In this document: positions 1 through 7,789 of the stretch, one piece after another
Numbering within the stretch: position 1 is the stretch's first letter
Layout of the letters: every line of letters begins with the position of its first letter
Assembly: GCA_020247545.1 (NCBI GenBank)
Contig: JADCIX010000019.1
Coordinates: forward strand, 50,017-82,016
Direction of reading: 5' to 3'
DNA length: 32,000 nucleotides
Origin: Rhodocyclaceae bacterium
Lineage (GTDB): Bacteria > Pseudomonadota > Gammaproteobacteria > Burkholderiales > Usitatibacteraceae
Program-made: the position numbers and the translations under genes
The notes under the pieces: model-generated
The model's input: the letters and a program-made list of their open reading frames with translations, nothing else
Told to the model about the DNA's origin: nothing
Databases searched by the model: none

Positions 1-389
1 ATCAGCAGCATCGACAAAGTGCGCGCGCGCTGTGAACGACTCAAACGATGCCGATTGAAGGCATCGATCAGCAATTTTGGATGTTCCGCATTAGACGCGG
101 GCCTGTTTGCTGCCGTTGCAGCGTACCGCCTCGCCTTGACACTTTTCGCATCAACTCGGCGCGCCAACGCAAGCAACAACTGCCGGGCATTCTGGTAGTC
201 ACCTCGCCACAACAGCCCCGTACCTTCACACGCCAGCCGATAGGCACTATCGGCGCTGATGGTGTCATCGACTACCATCAGACGTTTAGGCGGCTGTGCG
301 CCATTCTCCGCCCGCCAGATCGCGGTGTGGGTACGGCCCGCTTCAGTCCAGGTAATGGTGCCGATTACCGCTTTGGTCTCAGTGGCCAA
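1..389 (-). CDS. Conserved hypothetical protein, N-terminal part only (gene runs off the left edge)
   Basis: Minus-strand frame is open from TTG 387-389 down to position 3. It is missing from the ORF track because its stop lies outside the window. The translation ..TWTEAGRTHTAIWRAENGAQPPKRLMVVDDTISADSAYRLACEGTGLLWRGDYQNARQLLLALARRVD.. is protein-like. The + ORF 48..422 is its shadow. Start codon and family are uncertain. Confidence 0.45.
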   Translation of the reverse strand, partial: MATETKAVIGTITWTEAGRTHTAIWRAENGAQPPKRLMVVDDTISADSAYRLACEGTGLLWRGDYQNARQLLLALARRVDAKSVKARRYAATAANRPASNAEHPKLLIDAFNRHRLSRSQRARTLSMLL

Positions 390-540
390 AAATCAACTTT
401 CTATGTGTTTAATACGGGGTAGCAATCGAGACGCAGTTCAGTCTGCATGCTACCCTCCTCGGCGTATCCATGCTGATTTGCTGATTCTCGGCAAATCGCG
501 CAACATGACAAGCAGCAGAATTCTACTCACGGAGCATCTC

Positions 541-2088
541 ATGTTCGAATCCGCTGAAATTGGCCACAAGATAAAAAAAGCCGAGTTCGACCGACAGACA
601 CCGCTGTTGCGTCAAGCGCTACTCACCGCCCAGTACAAGTTGCTTGAGCAGAACAAGGCTGCGGTGATTATTCTGGTGAATGGCGTTGATGGTGCCGGCA
701 AGGGGGAAACGGTGAACCTGTTTAATCAGTGGATGGACCCGCGCCACATTCACACCCATGCATTTGGTGCCGCAAGCGACGGGGAACGCGATCGCCCGGA
801 CATGTGGCGATTCTGGCAGGCGTTGCCGCCCAAGGGTCGCATCGGAATTCTATTTGGTTCATGGTACACCGACCCAATACTCCACCGGGTGGTGAGCCGA
901 CAACGGGGCCAAGGTCGCGACAAACTCCGCAGCGCGGATAGCGACCAGACTCGGGATCACGAGCGTGATGCGCGATGCACCGCAGTGTTTGAAAAGCAGC
1001 TGGCGCGCATTCGCGACCACGAGCGCATGCTAGTGGCCGAAGGTGCCGCGATTGTCAAACTCTGGTTTCACCTCTCAAAACACGCCCAGGCGGAAAGACT
1101 GAAGGCGTTGTCGGCCAGAAAGAACACGGCTTGGCGCGTCACCAAAGACGACTGGCGGCAGTACAAGCACTACGATGAATTCATCGAAGTCTGCGAACTG
1201 GCGTTGCGCGAAACCTCAACCGGTGAAGCCCCCTGGCACATCATTGAAGGTAGCAACCACGCTTACCGCTCTCTCGCCGCAGGCAATTTGCTCCTCAACG
1301 CCCTAGACAGAGCACTTAACGGCACTACCACTACTCTCGCCCCCGCAGAGCCGCTACCCGAGCGGAGTCTTGACAAACTTAGCATCTCAAATACCGCCGA
1401 CTACAGCCGGTCGTTGGGTCGCGCCAGTTACGAGCGACAGCTAACCAAGTTGCAGGGTGAGTTAAGCCTGCTCACACGCCACAAACGGTTCAAGGACCGC
1501 TCGCTGGTGCTCGTGTTTGAGGGCATGGACGCGGCCGGCAAGGGCAGCACCATTCGACGCATTACCGGTGCCATTGACGCACGTCTATATCGCGTGGTGC
1601 CTATTGCCGCGCCAACAGACGAAGAGCGTGCGCAGCCCTACTTATGGCGCTTTTGGCGACAAATTCCGGCACACGGCCACGCGGTAATTTTTGACCGCTC
1701 ATGGTATGGCCGGGTGCTTGTCGAACGTGTGGAAAAACTATGCAAACCGACCGATTGGATGCGTGCCTACCACGAGATCAATGAGTTCGAAGACACGCTT
1801 ACCGATAGCGGCAGCATCGTCCTCAAATTCTGGCTGGCGATCACTCAGAAGGAACAGCTTAAACGCTTCAAGCTGCGCGAGAAAACGCCACACAAGAATT
1901 TCAAGATCACACCAGATGACTGGCGCAACCGCAAGAAATGGCCTGCCTACGAACTTGCGTTGTCGGATATGATTGATCGCACGTCATCCGAAATTGCGCC
2001 GTGGAATGTAATCGCTTCAGACGACAAACTTTGGTCACGCATTGAAGTGCTCAAACGGCTGTGCGAGACGATTGAGAAAGCGCTCTAG
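541..2088 (+). CDS. ppk2: Two-domain polyphosphate kinase 2 (class II PPK2, polyphosphate:AMP phosphotransferase-like)
   Basis: Two tandem PPK2 modules, each with a P-loop (VNGVDGAGKGE and FEGMDAAGKGS), plus PYLWRFW and DRSWYGRVLVERV signatures. Colinear with Acinetobacter PAP from memory. Start placed at ATG 541 (GGAG at 531-534) rather than the track start 259. ATG 505 is an alternative. Confidence 0.9.
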   Translation: MFESAEIGHKIKKAEFDRQTPLLRQALLTAQYKLLEQNKAAVIILVNGVDGAGKGETVNLFNQWMDPRHIHTHAFGAASDGERDRPDMWRFWQALPPKGRIGILFGSWYTDPILHRVVSRQRGQGRDKLRSADSDQTRDHERDARCTAVFEKQLARIRDHERMLVAEGAAIVKLWFHLSKHAQAERLKALSARKNTAWRVTKDDWRQYKHYDEFIEVCELALRETSTGEAPWHIIEGSNHAYRSLAAGNLLLNALDRALNGTTTTLAPAEPLPERSLDKLSISNTADYSRSLGRASYERQLTKLQGELSLLTRHKRFKDRSLVLVFEGMDAAGKGSTIRRITGAIDARLYRVVPIAAPTDEERAQPYLWRFWRQIPAHGHAVIFDRSWYGRVLVERVEKLCKPTDWMRAYHEINEFEDTLTDSGSIVLKFWLAITQKEQLKRFKLREKTPHKNFKITPDDWRNRKKWPAYELALSDMIDRTSSEIAPWNVIASDDKLWSRIEVLKRLCETIEKAL

Positions 2089-2606
2089 ACGCTGTTTGGA
2101 ACGGGTGCGGCGGTCTGCCATGCGGGGCGCAACGGCTTGGTCATCTGTACCAAATGTAACGGCATCCGGGCTTTTTCAGGAACGGGGAACGGCACGACGC
2201 CGTAAGGCGTAAAGCCTAATTTCTCATAGTAGCCGAACAGGTTTTCACGCACATTCACCACGGTGATATCGAGAAAGTCGCATCCTGCGGCCAGCGCATT
2301 TTGTTCTACTGCGTCGATCAACACTTTTGAACTTCCGCGTCCCTGCACGGCGGGATCGACCGATAACAAACCAAGGTAGGCACGTGTACCGGTAATCGAG
2401 GTGAACACCGTGCCTACCAATACCCCATGGGCGGCTGCATCCTCAAGTACGAAAAAAGTACCCGATTGAAATCGCGCATGAATGTCCTCAAAACTAGTGC
2501 GGTCGCCCATCACGCAAAAATCCTCCACGCGGAAAGCGGCGTTGATCAGCGTAACAAGTTGGTTGATCTCTAAGAGGTTGGCGCGGCGGAGAGTTGTTGA
2601 AGTCAT
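2085..2606 (-). CDS. GNAT family N-acetyltransferase
   Basis: C-terminal 173 aa of track ORF 2085..2843. Acetyl-CoA motif VDPAVQGRGSSKVLIDAV and YEKLGF. Start at ATG 2604-2606 (MTSTTLRR). The upstream part of the track ORF is low-complexity read-through of another frame. 4-nt convergent overlap with ppk2. Confidence 0.85.
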   Translation of the reverse strand: MTSTTLRRANLLEINQLVTLINAAFRVEDFCVMGDRTSFEDIHARFQSGTFFVLEDAAAHGVLVGTVFTSITGTRAYLGLLSVDPAVQGRGSSKVLIDAVEQNALAAGCDFLDITVVNVRENLFGYYEKLGFTPYGVVPFPVPEKARMPLHLVQMTKPLRPAWQTAAPVPNSV

Positions 2607-2608
2607 AA

Positions 2609-2634
2609 TTGATTGGCACTCTTGATTGGCACTC
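2609..2634. repeat. Perfect 2 x 13-nt tandem direct repeat (TTGATTGGCACTC) abutting the GNAT start codon
   Basis: Read directly: ttgattggcactc at 2609-2621 and again at 2622-2634, starting 3 nt upstream (gene sense) of the GNAT ATG. Confidence 0.85.
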
Positions 2635-2636
2635 GC

Positions 2637-2675
2637 GAAAAACAAGCAAAGCCGGGCCGCAAACGCGAGCCCGAC
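2637..2675 (-). terminator. Candidate intrinsic terminator after the Lys-rich micro-ORF
   Basis: On the minus strand: GTCGGGC (2669-2675), an 11-nt loop, GCCCGGC (2651-2657), then TTTGCTTGTTTTT. The stem is 7 bp including one G-U pair. Confidence 0.4.
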
Positions 2676-2692
2676 CTGTTCACAGCGAGCGC

Positions 2693-2809
2693 CTACTGGC
2701 GCTTGCGCTCTTCTTTCTTCAGTTTCTTCGCCGCTTTCTTCTCTTTCGGCGTTTTTGTTGCCGCTTTTTTTGTGTCTTTCTTGGTGTCCTTGGACTTGCT
2801 CATGGCCAT
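2693..2809 (-). CDS. Lys-rich basic micro-protein (38 aa; 36 aa if the second ATG is used)
   Basis: Not in the ORF track because it is under 60 aa. GAGGAG precedes ATG 2809 and ATG 2803. Translation is MAMSKSKDTKKDTKKAATKTPKEKKAAKKLKKEERKRQ, with stop TAG at 2693-2695, followed by the candidate terminator. No homology evidence is available to me. Confidence 0.4.
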   Translation of the reverse strand: MAMSKSKDTKKDTKKAATKTPKEKKAAKKLKKEERKRQ

Positions 2810-3104
2810 GCTCCTCATCGGGGTTGCGTCGCGTAAAAGTCAATTAATTACCGCCAGCATCGGCGATGTTAGCGTGTTTATCGCCCCGCTTGCGCTACCA
2901 AACACGGCCAAGGCCTGAATCACCTAGCTCACCCTGCTTTTCGCGCCTAACGCGCCCATCGTCAGCCATGCTTAGCTTACACCAGTAAGCGACGCGCCAA
3001 AAAGGCCGTCGCCGCTCCCGCCGTCGTGACCACACCGCAAATTCTGCCGCGCGGCAGTGTAATTGCCGTGGCCGCTGCGCCATTCACTCCACCGACGCCG
3101 TTTG

Positions 3105-3128
3105 TGAAGAAAAAGCCCACCTGGGCTT
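3105..3128 (-). terminator. Intrinsic terminator downstream of the LytTR gene
   Basis: Minus strand reads AAGCCC-AGGT-GGGCTT followed by TTTTCTTC. It lies about 70 nt after the stop at 3199. Confidence 0.55.
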
Positions 3129-3154
3129 AGCGTCAAGAGTGAAAGTCGCCGATT

Positions 3155-3194
3155 GACGGGTACTTTCAAGCAAAAATGGCTGGAAGCACCCGTC
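3155..3194. repeat. 40-nt hairpin element, copy C
   Basis: gacgggtacttt / caagcaaaaatggctg / gaagcacccgtc. The stem is 12 positions (11 paired) and the loop is 16 nt. Same architecture and near-identical loop as the copies at 26932 and 29401. Confidence 0.7.
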
Positions 3195-3198
3195 TAAC

Positions 3199-4170
3199 CT
3201 AGGGTTTGTTCGCACGATCCCAAGACGCGACCCGACGCAAATTCTCACGGTAGCGCCGACTCACGGGCAGCGTCCTGCCGTCGCGCATCTTGGCGCGCGC
3301 GTCGCCCGATTCAAGCGGCTCGATTGATTCAACGCAATCGAGATTGACGATATAACTTCGGTGCACACGCACAAAGCGCTGCGGATTGAGCCGCGTTTCT
3401 ATCTCCGCCATAGTTGAGCGCAGCGGGTAATCCCGGCCACGCACCCGCAGATTCACATAGTTGCCCCATGCCTGCAGCCACTCGACCTCCGCCGCCGGTA
3501 AGAGAAATTCCTTACCGAGCTTCTTCACCAAGAAGCGTTCGGGTAACTCTATTGGCTCCACTGGCGGGCCTGAATCGGGTGCGGCCAGCAAAGTTGCTTC
3601 GCCCTGCACGCGCAGCAGCACGAGTTGGTAGAAGCCTATGGACAGCAAGATCGAGAAATACGAGCGAACGTCTTTCAGATATTCGTAGAACAGTTCGCGC
3701 GGCCAATTGCCGAAGTCATAGGTGCTGCCTTGCATGAGATATACGATTTTGCGAATGGCCACCATGCCGAGGACGTGCAACAAGCAGTACCCGCCGGACG
3801 CCAAGAGGTGCCACTTCAAGTTGGATCGCCATGTGCCGAAGCTGATCGGGAAGCGACGCATCATCGCCACAACAGCAGGGATCAAAGCCAGCATGACGAG
3901 GCTGCTTGACCATTCCCAAACTGCCGGTTTCCAGGCGGCAAACCCGAGCTGGTGGCGCTCAACATCCATCGCCACTACTACCGTATTAAAGGTGGCGTTT
4001 AAGCCGTACAAGACGACCCAGAAACCCGGCTCCACCACCGGCTGCCAAGGCCGGTAGCGCGCCAGCCAATCCGGCTCTACCCCCGCTGGCAATGGCGATG
4101 TGGTGAGGACGGGCGGGGTGACGGGCTTGGTGGCCGACTTGGAAACATCAAAAGGAACGCGTGAATTCAT
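3199..4170 (-). CDS. Membrane-anchored LytTR-domain DNA-binding protein (no receiver domain)
   Basis: The C-terminal ~100 aa are LytTR-like (EVEWLQAWGNYVNLRVRGRDYPLRSTMAEIETRL..FVRVHRSYIVNLD). The N-terminal two thirds carry several hydrophobic helices. ATG 4168-4170 is chosen as start. The GTG at 4239 (track start) is an alternative. Neither has a clear SD. Confidence 0.8.
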   Translation of the reverse strand: MNSRVPFDVSKSATKPVTPPVLTTSPLPAGVEPDWLARYRPWQPVVEPGFWVVLYGLNATFNTVVVAMDVERHQLGFAAWKPAVWEWSSSLVMLALIPAVVAMMRRFPISFGTWRSNLKWHLLASGGYCLLHVLGMVAIRKIVYLMQGSTYDFGNWPRELFYEYLKDVRSYFSILLSIGFYQLVLLRVQGEATLLAAPDSGPPVEPIELPERFLVKKLGKEFLLPAAEVEWLQAWGNYVNLRVRGRDYPLRSTMAEIETRLNPQRFVRVHRSYIVNLDCVESIEPLESGDARAKMRDGRTLPVSRRYRENLRRVASWDRANKP

Positions 4171-4326
4171 GCCGCAAATTGTACTGGCGGGTAGGATGCG
4201 GTGCGCTGAATTTTGCCCCCGATTTCCACCACTTGTCACTAACGGCCATCAAATCAGCACATTACGATGGCATTGCGATAACGCACTCCGTAACGTGCGC
4301 CGGTCATTCACCCCTTGGTTATCACA

Positions 4327-5484
4327 ATGAACCGACGCCACGACATCGATGCGCTGCGCGCCATCGCCTTTGGGCTGCTCATCGCCTATCACCTCGCCAT
4401 GTTCTACGTCGCCGATTGGAGATGGCATATCAAAAGCGAGCACCTGTCCGAATTTCTACAAGTCCCGATGCTGTTCGTCAACCGCTGGCGCATGGACTTG
4501 ATCTTCATGATTTCCGGCATCTCGGCCGCGTTTATGTGGAAATCCGACCGGGTCCTTGCGTTTTTCAAGCAACGTAGCAAACGCCTGTTGCTGCCGCTGT
4601 TGTTCGGTTGTTTGGTCGTCGTGCCGGTACAGCCGTACTGCCAAGGCGTGACGAATGGACTGGTTGAACCAGGCTTTGTGCAATTTCTCTATCGCTACTA
4701 TGTCGGCTACGAGTGGCCGAAGGGTGCTTTTGACGGCTGGAAGCACAGCTTTACCTGGAATCACCTTTGGTATCTGGTGTACCTGTATCTCTACACCGTC
4801 GTACTGGTGCTGATCCACAAGCCTCTCGCGTCACGTGCAGGCAAGCCCCTTGAACAGACCTTCACCAATCTGCGCGGTTGGCGTTTGCTCATTTGGCCCG
4901 CCGCCCCATTTCTGATTTACACCGTCTTGCTGCAACCGCACTTTCCGAATAACAACGGACTGACGAAAGATTGGTATGCACACGCCACCTACTTCACGAT
5001 GTTCTTGCTCGGCTTCTGGCTGGCCAAATCTGGCGGACTATGGAACGAGTTGCGTCGACTGCGTCAGGTGTCGCTGGCAGTCGCGTTATTCGCGTATTTG
5101 TTCTACCTCTTGACCCGCATTGGTGCCAACGATGAAAGTGGAATTCACGAAATCCTGCCCATTTGGGTGTTCCGCAATCTGTACATGTGGGCAGCACTTT
5201 GCACCATTTTCGGCTGGAGTTTTCACTTACTCAATCGCCCGTTGCGATGGCTGCCTTGGGCTAATGAAGCGGTCTACCCTTGGTACATCCTGCATCAGAG
5301 TGCCATCGTTCTATTCGGCTACTGGCTTATCCCGTTGAAGCTGGGTGCAATCGCCGAGCCAATCGTGTTGACCGTCGGAACGGTGCTGGCCTGCTGGGCC
5401 CTCACCTCTGGTCTGATCCAGCGTGTCCGCTGGCTGCGGCCGTTGTTTGGCCTGAAGACGGTTGGGCATCCCCACACCGCATGA
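4327..5484 (+). CDS. Acyltransferase family 3 (OpgC/OafA-like) integral membrane protein
   Basis: N-terminal DIDALRAIAFGLLIAYH motif and about 10 hydrophobic segments. ATG 4327 is preferred over TTG 4315. Confidence 0.8.
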   Translation: MNRRHDIDALRAIAFGLLIAYHLAMFYVADWRWHIKSEHLSEFLQVPMLFVNRWRMDLIFMISGISAAFMWKSDRVLAFFKQRSKRLLLPLLFGCLVVVPVQPYCQGVTNGLVEPGFVQFLYRYYVGYEWPKGAFDGWKHSFTWNHLWYLVYLYLYTVVLVLIHKPLASRAGKPLEQTFTNLRGWRLLIWPAAPFLIYTVLLQPHFPNNNGLTKDWYAHATYFTMFLLGFWLAKSGGLWNELRRLRQVSLAVALFAYLFYLLTRIGANDESGIHEILPIWVFRNLYMWAALCTIFGWSFHLLNRPLRWLPWANEAVYPWYILHQSAIVLFGYWLIPLKLGAIAEPIVLTVGTVLACWALTSGLIQRVRWLRPLFGLKTVGHPHTA

Positions 5485-5493
5485 TGCGACGAA

Positions 5494-5521
5494 CCGACGA
5501 TTTAAGGGCATAGATCGTCGG
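5494..5521 (+). terminator. Hairpin after the acyltransferase gene (candidate terminator)
   Basis: CCGACGAT (5494-5501), a 12-nt loop, ATCGTCGG (5514-5521), then a T-rich stretch ccattacaatttgattt. A second hairpin lies at 5540-5567. Confidence 0.35.
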
Positions 5522-5633
5522 CCATTACAATTTGATTTAGGCAAAATGAGATGCCGCCTCATTTGCCAGCGCATTCATGCCTGCCTGTGTGGAGTCATCT
5601 GTAGCGAACCAACCTTCCTGCGAGGAAATCCCC

Positions 5634-7454
5634 ATGAAACGCGTCTTCAAATGGCTCGGCATTGCCATTGCATCTCTGTTGCTAATCGTCACCGCTCTCG
5701 GCCTGCACACGTGGTATGCCAAGCCGCTGTCGATAGACTGGTTCTATACCAAGGTGTTCGGTGAATTTGCGCTTGACAATCCCGAACTGCTGACCCAGTT
5801 GCGAATACTCGAGCAAGTTGGTATCCGAGGTCATAACGCCAAGCTGAGTGATTCTTCACCCGCCGAGACCGAGCGCCAGTTCGCCAAACTGAAGGCCAAC
5901 TATGAAACGCTGAAGAGTTACGACGGCAGCGGCTTCAAAGGGCAGGACCGGCTCTCATACGATGTACTTGAGTACTTCCTCGGCACTCAAGTGCGTGGTG
6001 AGCCTTGGAAGTATCACGACTATCCCGTCAACCAAATGTTTGGCATTCAAAGTGCGTTGCCGAATCTGCTGACCGAGACGCAGCAGGTCAACGACGCGAA
6101 GGACGCCGAGCATTACCTTACGCGCGTGGCGTTATTCCCGAAAAAAATGGATGAGGTCATTGAAAGCCTCAAGGTTCGTGAAGCGAAGAAAATCATCCCG
6201 CCGAAGTTTGTGGTCGAAAAGTCCCTCGGGCAAATTAAGGCGTTTATGGACCCGGCCCCCGCCAGAAACGCTTTGGTCTTGGGGTTAAGAAACAAACTGG
6301 ACAAAATTCCCGCCGAGAAAATGGACCAGCCGAGCCGCGACGCGTTTCTTAAGCGCGCTGAAGATAGTGTCACCGCAAATGTACTGCCGGCTTACACCAA
6401 ACTCGCCAAGTATCTTGAAGCGCTGGGGACCAAGGCGCTCGAGAACAACGGCGTTTGGGCGCTTCCCGACGGTGAGAAGTTCTACAACTATCAAATTGAG
6501 TCGATGACGACGACCAAAATGAAAGGTGAAGAGTTACACGCACTCGGTATCAGCGAAGTGGCGCGGATCGGTGCCGACATGGATGCCATTCTCGAAGCAG
6601 AAGGTTACAAGCAAGGCACCCGTGCGGATCGTTTGGCTGCACTCTCCAAAGCCCCGTCGCAGTTGTACGCCAACAACGACGAAGGGCGCGCGCAAATCCT
6701 CAAGGATTACACCGCCATCATCGAAGAAATCAATTCCAAAATCGACCCGCTATTTGGTATCAAGCCGAAAGCCAAAGTCAGTGTTGAACGTGTTCCGGAA
6801 TTCACCGAAAAGGGTGCGCCGTTTGCTTACTACAACCCACCCGCGATGGATGGTTCAAAGCCCGGCGTCTTTTACGCGAACTTACGCAAGCCCGACGAAA
6901 TCGCCAAGTTCACGATGCGCACACTCGCGTACCATGAGGCCGTTCCAGGCCATCACTTACAGATTGCCATCGCGCAGGAGTTAAAGGGCCTGCCAATTTT
7001 TCGTACCGTACTGCCCTTCACCGCCTATGCCGAAGGCTGGGCGCTGTACGCTGAACAACTCGCTTGGGAGCAAGGCTTCCAAAAGAATCCGCTCGACAAC
7101 TTAGGCCGCTTGCAAGCCGAAATGTTTCGCGCAGTACGGCTGGTGGTTGATACGGGTATCCACGCCAAACGTTGGACACGCGAACAAGCCATTGAATACA
7201 TGATCGCCAACACCGGCATGTTAGAGGATGAAGTCGTCGGTGAAATAGAGCGTTACTTCGTGGCCCCCGGACAAGCGCTCGCCTATAAAGTCGGCATGAT
7301 GAAAATTCTGGCTTTACGTGAAAAGGCAAGAACCGCACTCGGACCAAAATTCAATTTGCGCGACTTCCACGATGCCATCTTGAAGAACGGTTCGCTGCCG
7401 TTGGAGATTCTGGAACGCGTGATAGACAGTTACATCGACGAAAAGAAGGCTTAA
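5634..7454 (+). CDS. DUF885 family protein (metallopeptidase-like HExxH), N-terminally membrane-anchored or secreted
   Basis: YHEAVPGHHLQ and EGWALYAE motifs typical of DUF885. Start at ATG 5634 (MKRVFKWLGIAIASLLL) with GAGGA at 5622-5626. Confidence 0.85.
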   Translation: MKRVFKWLGIAIASLLLIVTALGLHTWYAKPLSIDWFYTKVFGEFALDNPELLTQLRILEQVGIRGHNAKLSDSSPAETERQFAKLKANYETLKSYDGSGFKGQDRLSYDVLEYFLGTQVRGEPWKYHDYPVNQMFGIQSALPNLLTETQQVNDAKDAEHYLTRVALFPKKMDEVIESLKVREAKKIIPPKFVVEKSLGQIKAFMDPAPARNALVLGLRNKLDKIPAEKMDQPSRDAFLKRAEDSVTANVLPAYTKLAKYLEALGTKALENNGVWALPDGEKFYNYQIESMTTTKMKGEELHALGISEVARIGADMDAILEAEGYKQGTRADRLAALSKAPSQLYANNDEGRAQILKDYTAIIEEINSKIDPLFGIKPKAKVSVERVPEFTEKGAPFAYYNPPAMDGSKPGVFYANLRKPDEIAKFTMRTLAYHEAVPGHHLQIAIAQELKGLPIFRTVLPFTAYAEGWALYAEQLAWEQGFQKNPLDNLGRLQAEMFRAVRLVVDTGIHAKRWTREQAIEYMIANTGMLEDEVVGEIERYFVAPGQALAYKVGMMKILALREKARTALGPKFNLRDFHDAILKNGSLPLEILERVIDSYIDEKKA

Positions 7455-7493
7455 CTTGAAAGATGTGGTCACCAATAACTACGGACGTCTTCA

Positions 7494-7515
7494 GGCGTTT
7501 TGGCCTAGAAACGCC
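7494..7515 (+). terminator. Hairpin between convergent genes (candidate terminator)
   Basis: GGCGTTT (7494-7500), an 8-nt loop, AAACGCC (7509-7515), followed by cgtacttattggtcttt. Confidence 0.4.
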
Positions 7516-7557
7516 CGTACTTATTGGTCTTTAACTGCCGCGTGTCGCTCGATACTC

Positions 7558-7770
7558 TTATACACGTCGCAGCGGGTCAAGCAACTCCGATAAACCGTTA
7601 TGATCCATTTCGCGCATCAGTTCGAGCAAACGACCGAGCTCTCCTTCCGGAAAACCTTCCCGCGCAAACCAGTGCAAATAGTTGCCGGGTAAGTCTGCCA
7701 ATAAACGCCCTTGATACTTGCCGAACGGCATTTGCCACGTGACGAGTTTTTCTAGGTCTTCCGGGTTCAA
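7558..7770 (-). CDS. DUF3820 (QSregVF_b-like) small protein
   Basis: MPFGKYQGRLLADLPGNYLHWFAREGFPEGELGRLL matches the DUF3820 signature as I recall it. Confidence 0.75.
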   Translation of the reverse strand: MNPEDLEKLVTWQMPFGKYQGRLLADLPGNYLHWFAREGFPEGELGRLLELMREMDHNGLSELLDPLRRV

Positions 7771-7789
7771 CTTGCCTGCCTGCCAATGT

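Noticed and set aside
48-422. 124-aa + ORF and 66-aa - ORF at the left edge
   Set aside because: The sequences are not protein-like. They overlap the better minus-strand frame that stays open from 389 to the window edge, so they are shadow ORFs.
259-540. N-terminal 94 codons of the 609-aa track ORF (PPK2)
   Set aside because: The PPK2 similarity starts only after ATG 541, which has a good SD. The upstream part is Cys/Arg-rich and overlaps the divergent gene's 5' region.
541-556. GTTCGAATCC, a tRNA T-loop-like string
   Set aside because: The flanking bases cannot form a T-stem (tcatg versus ccgct) and there is no acceptor or anticodon arm. It lies at the ppk2 start. I found no tRNA anywhere in the window.
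2607-2918. Upstream extension of the GNAT ORF to 2843, and Phe/Ser-rich + ORFs (2609-2918)
   Set aside because: They are low-complexity translations of the strand or frames opposite the Lys-rich micro-ORF. GNAT similarity begins at ATG 2606.
2895-3169. 62-aa and 65-aa minus ORFs, plus the palindrome CTGCCGCGCGGCAG (about 3043-3056)
   Set aside because: The ORFs are Arg/Trp-rich, with no SD and no family. The palindrome is isolated and I cannot tie it to any gene.
3176-3192. Possible sigma-54 promoter (TGGC..GC) inside the hairpin element loop/arm
   Set aside because: The GG and GC dinucleotides are not at the required spacing (GG-N10-GC), so it is not a -24/-12 promoter.
7490-7518. Hairpins built on GGCGTTT/AAACGCC (7494-7515 and 10118-10139) as additional copies of the 40-nt element
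   Set aside because: They share only the generic GGCGTTTT/AAAACGCC arms and lack the conserved 16-nt loop. I treated them as ordinary terminator-like hairpins.
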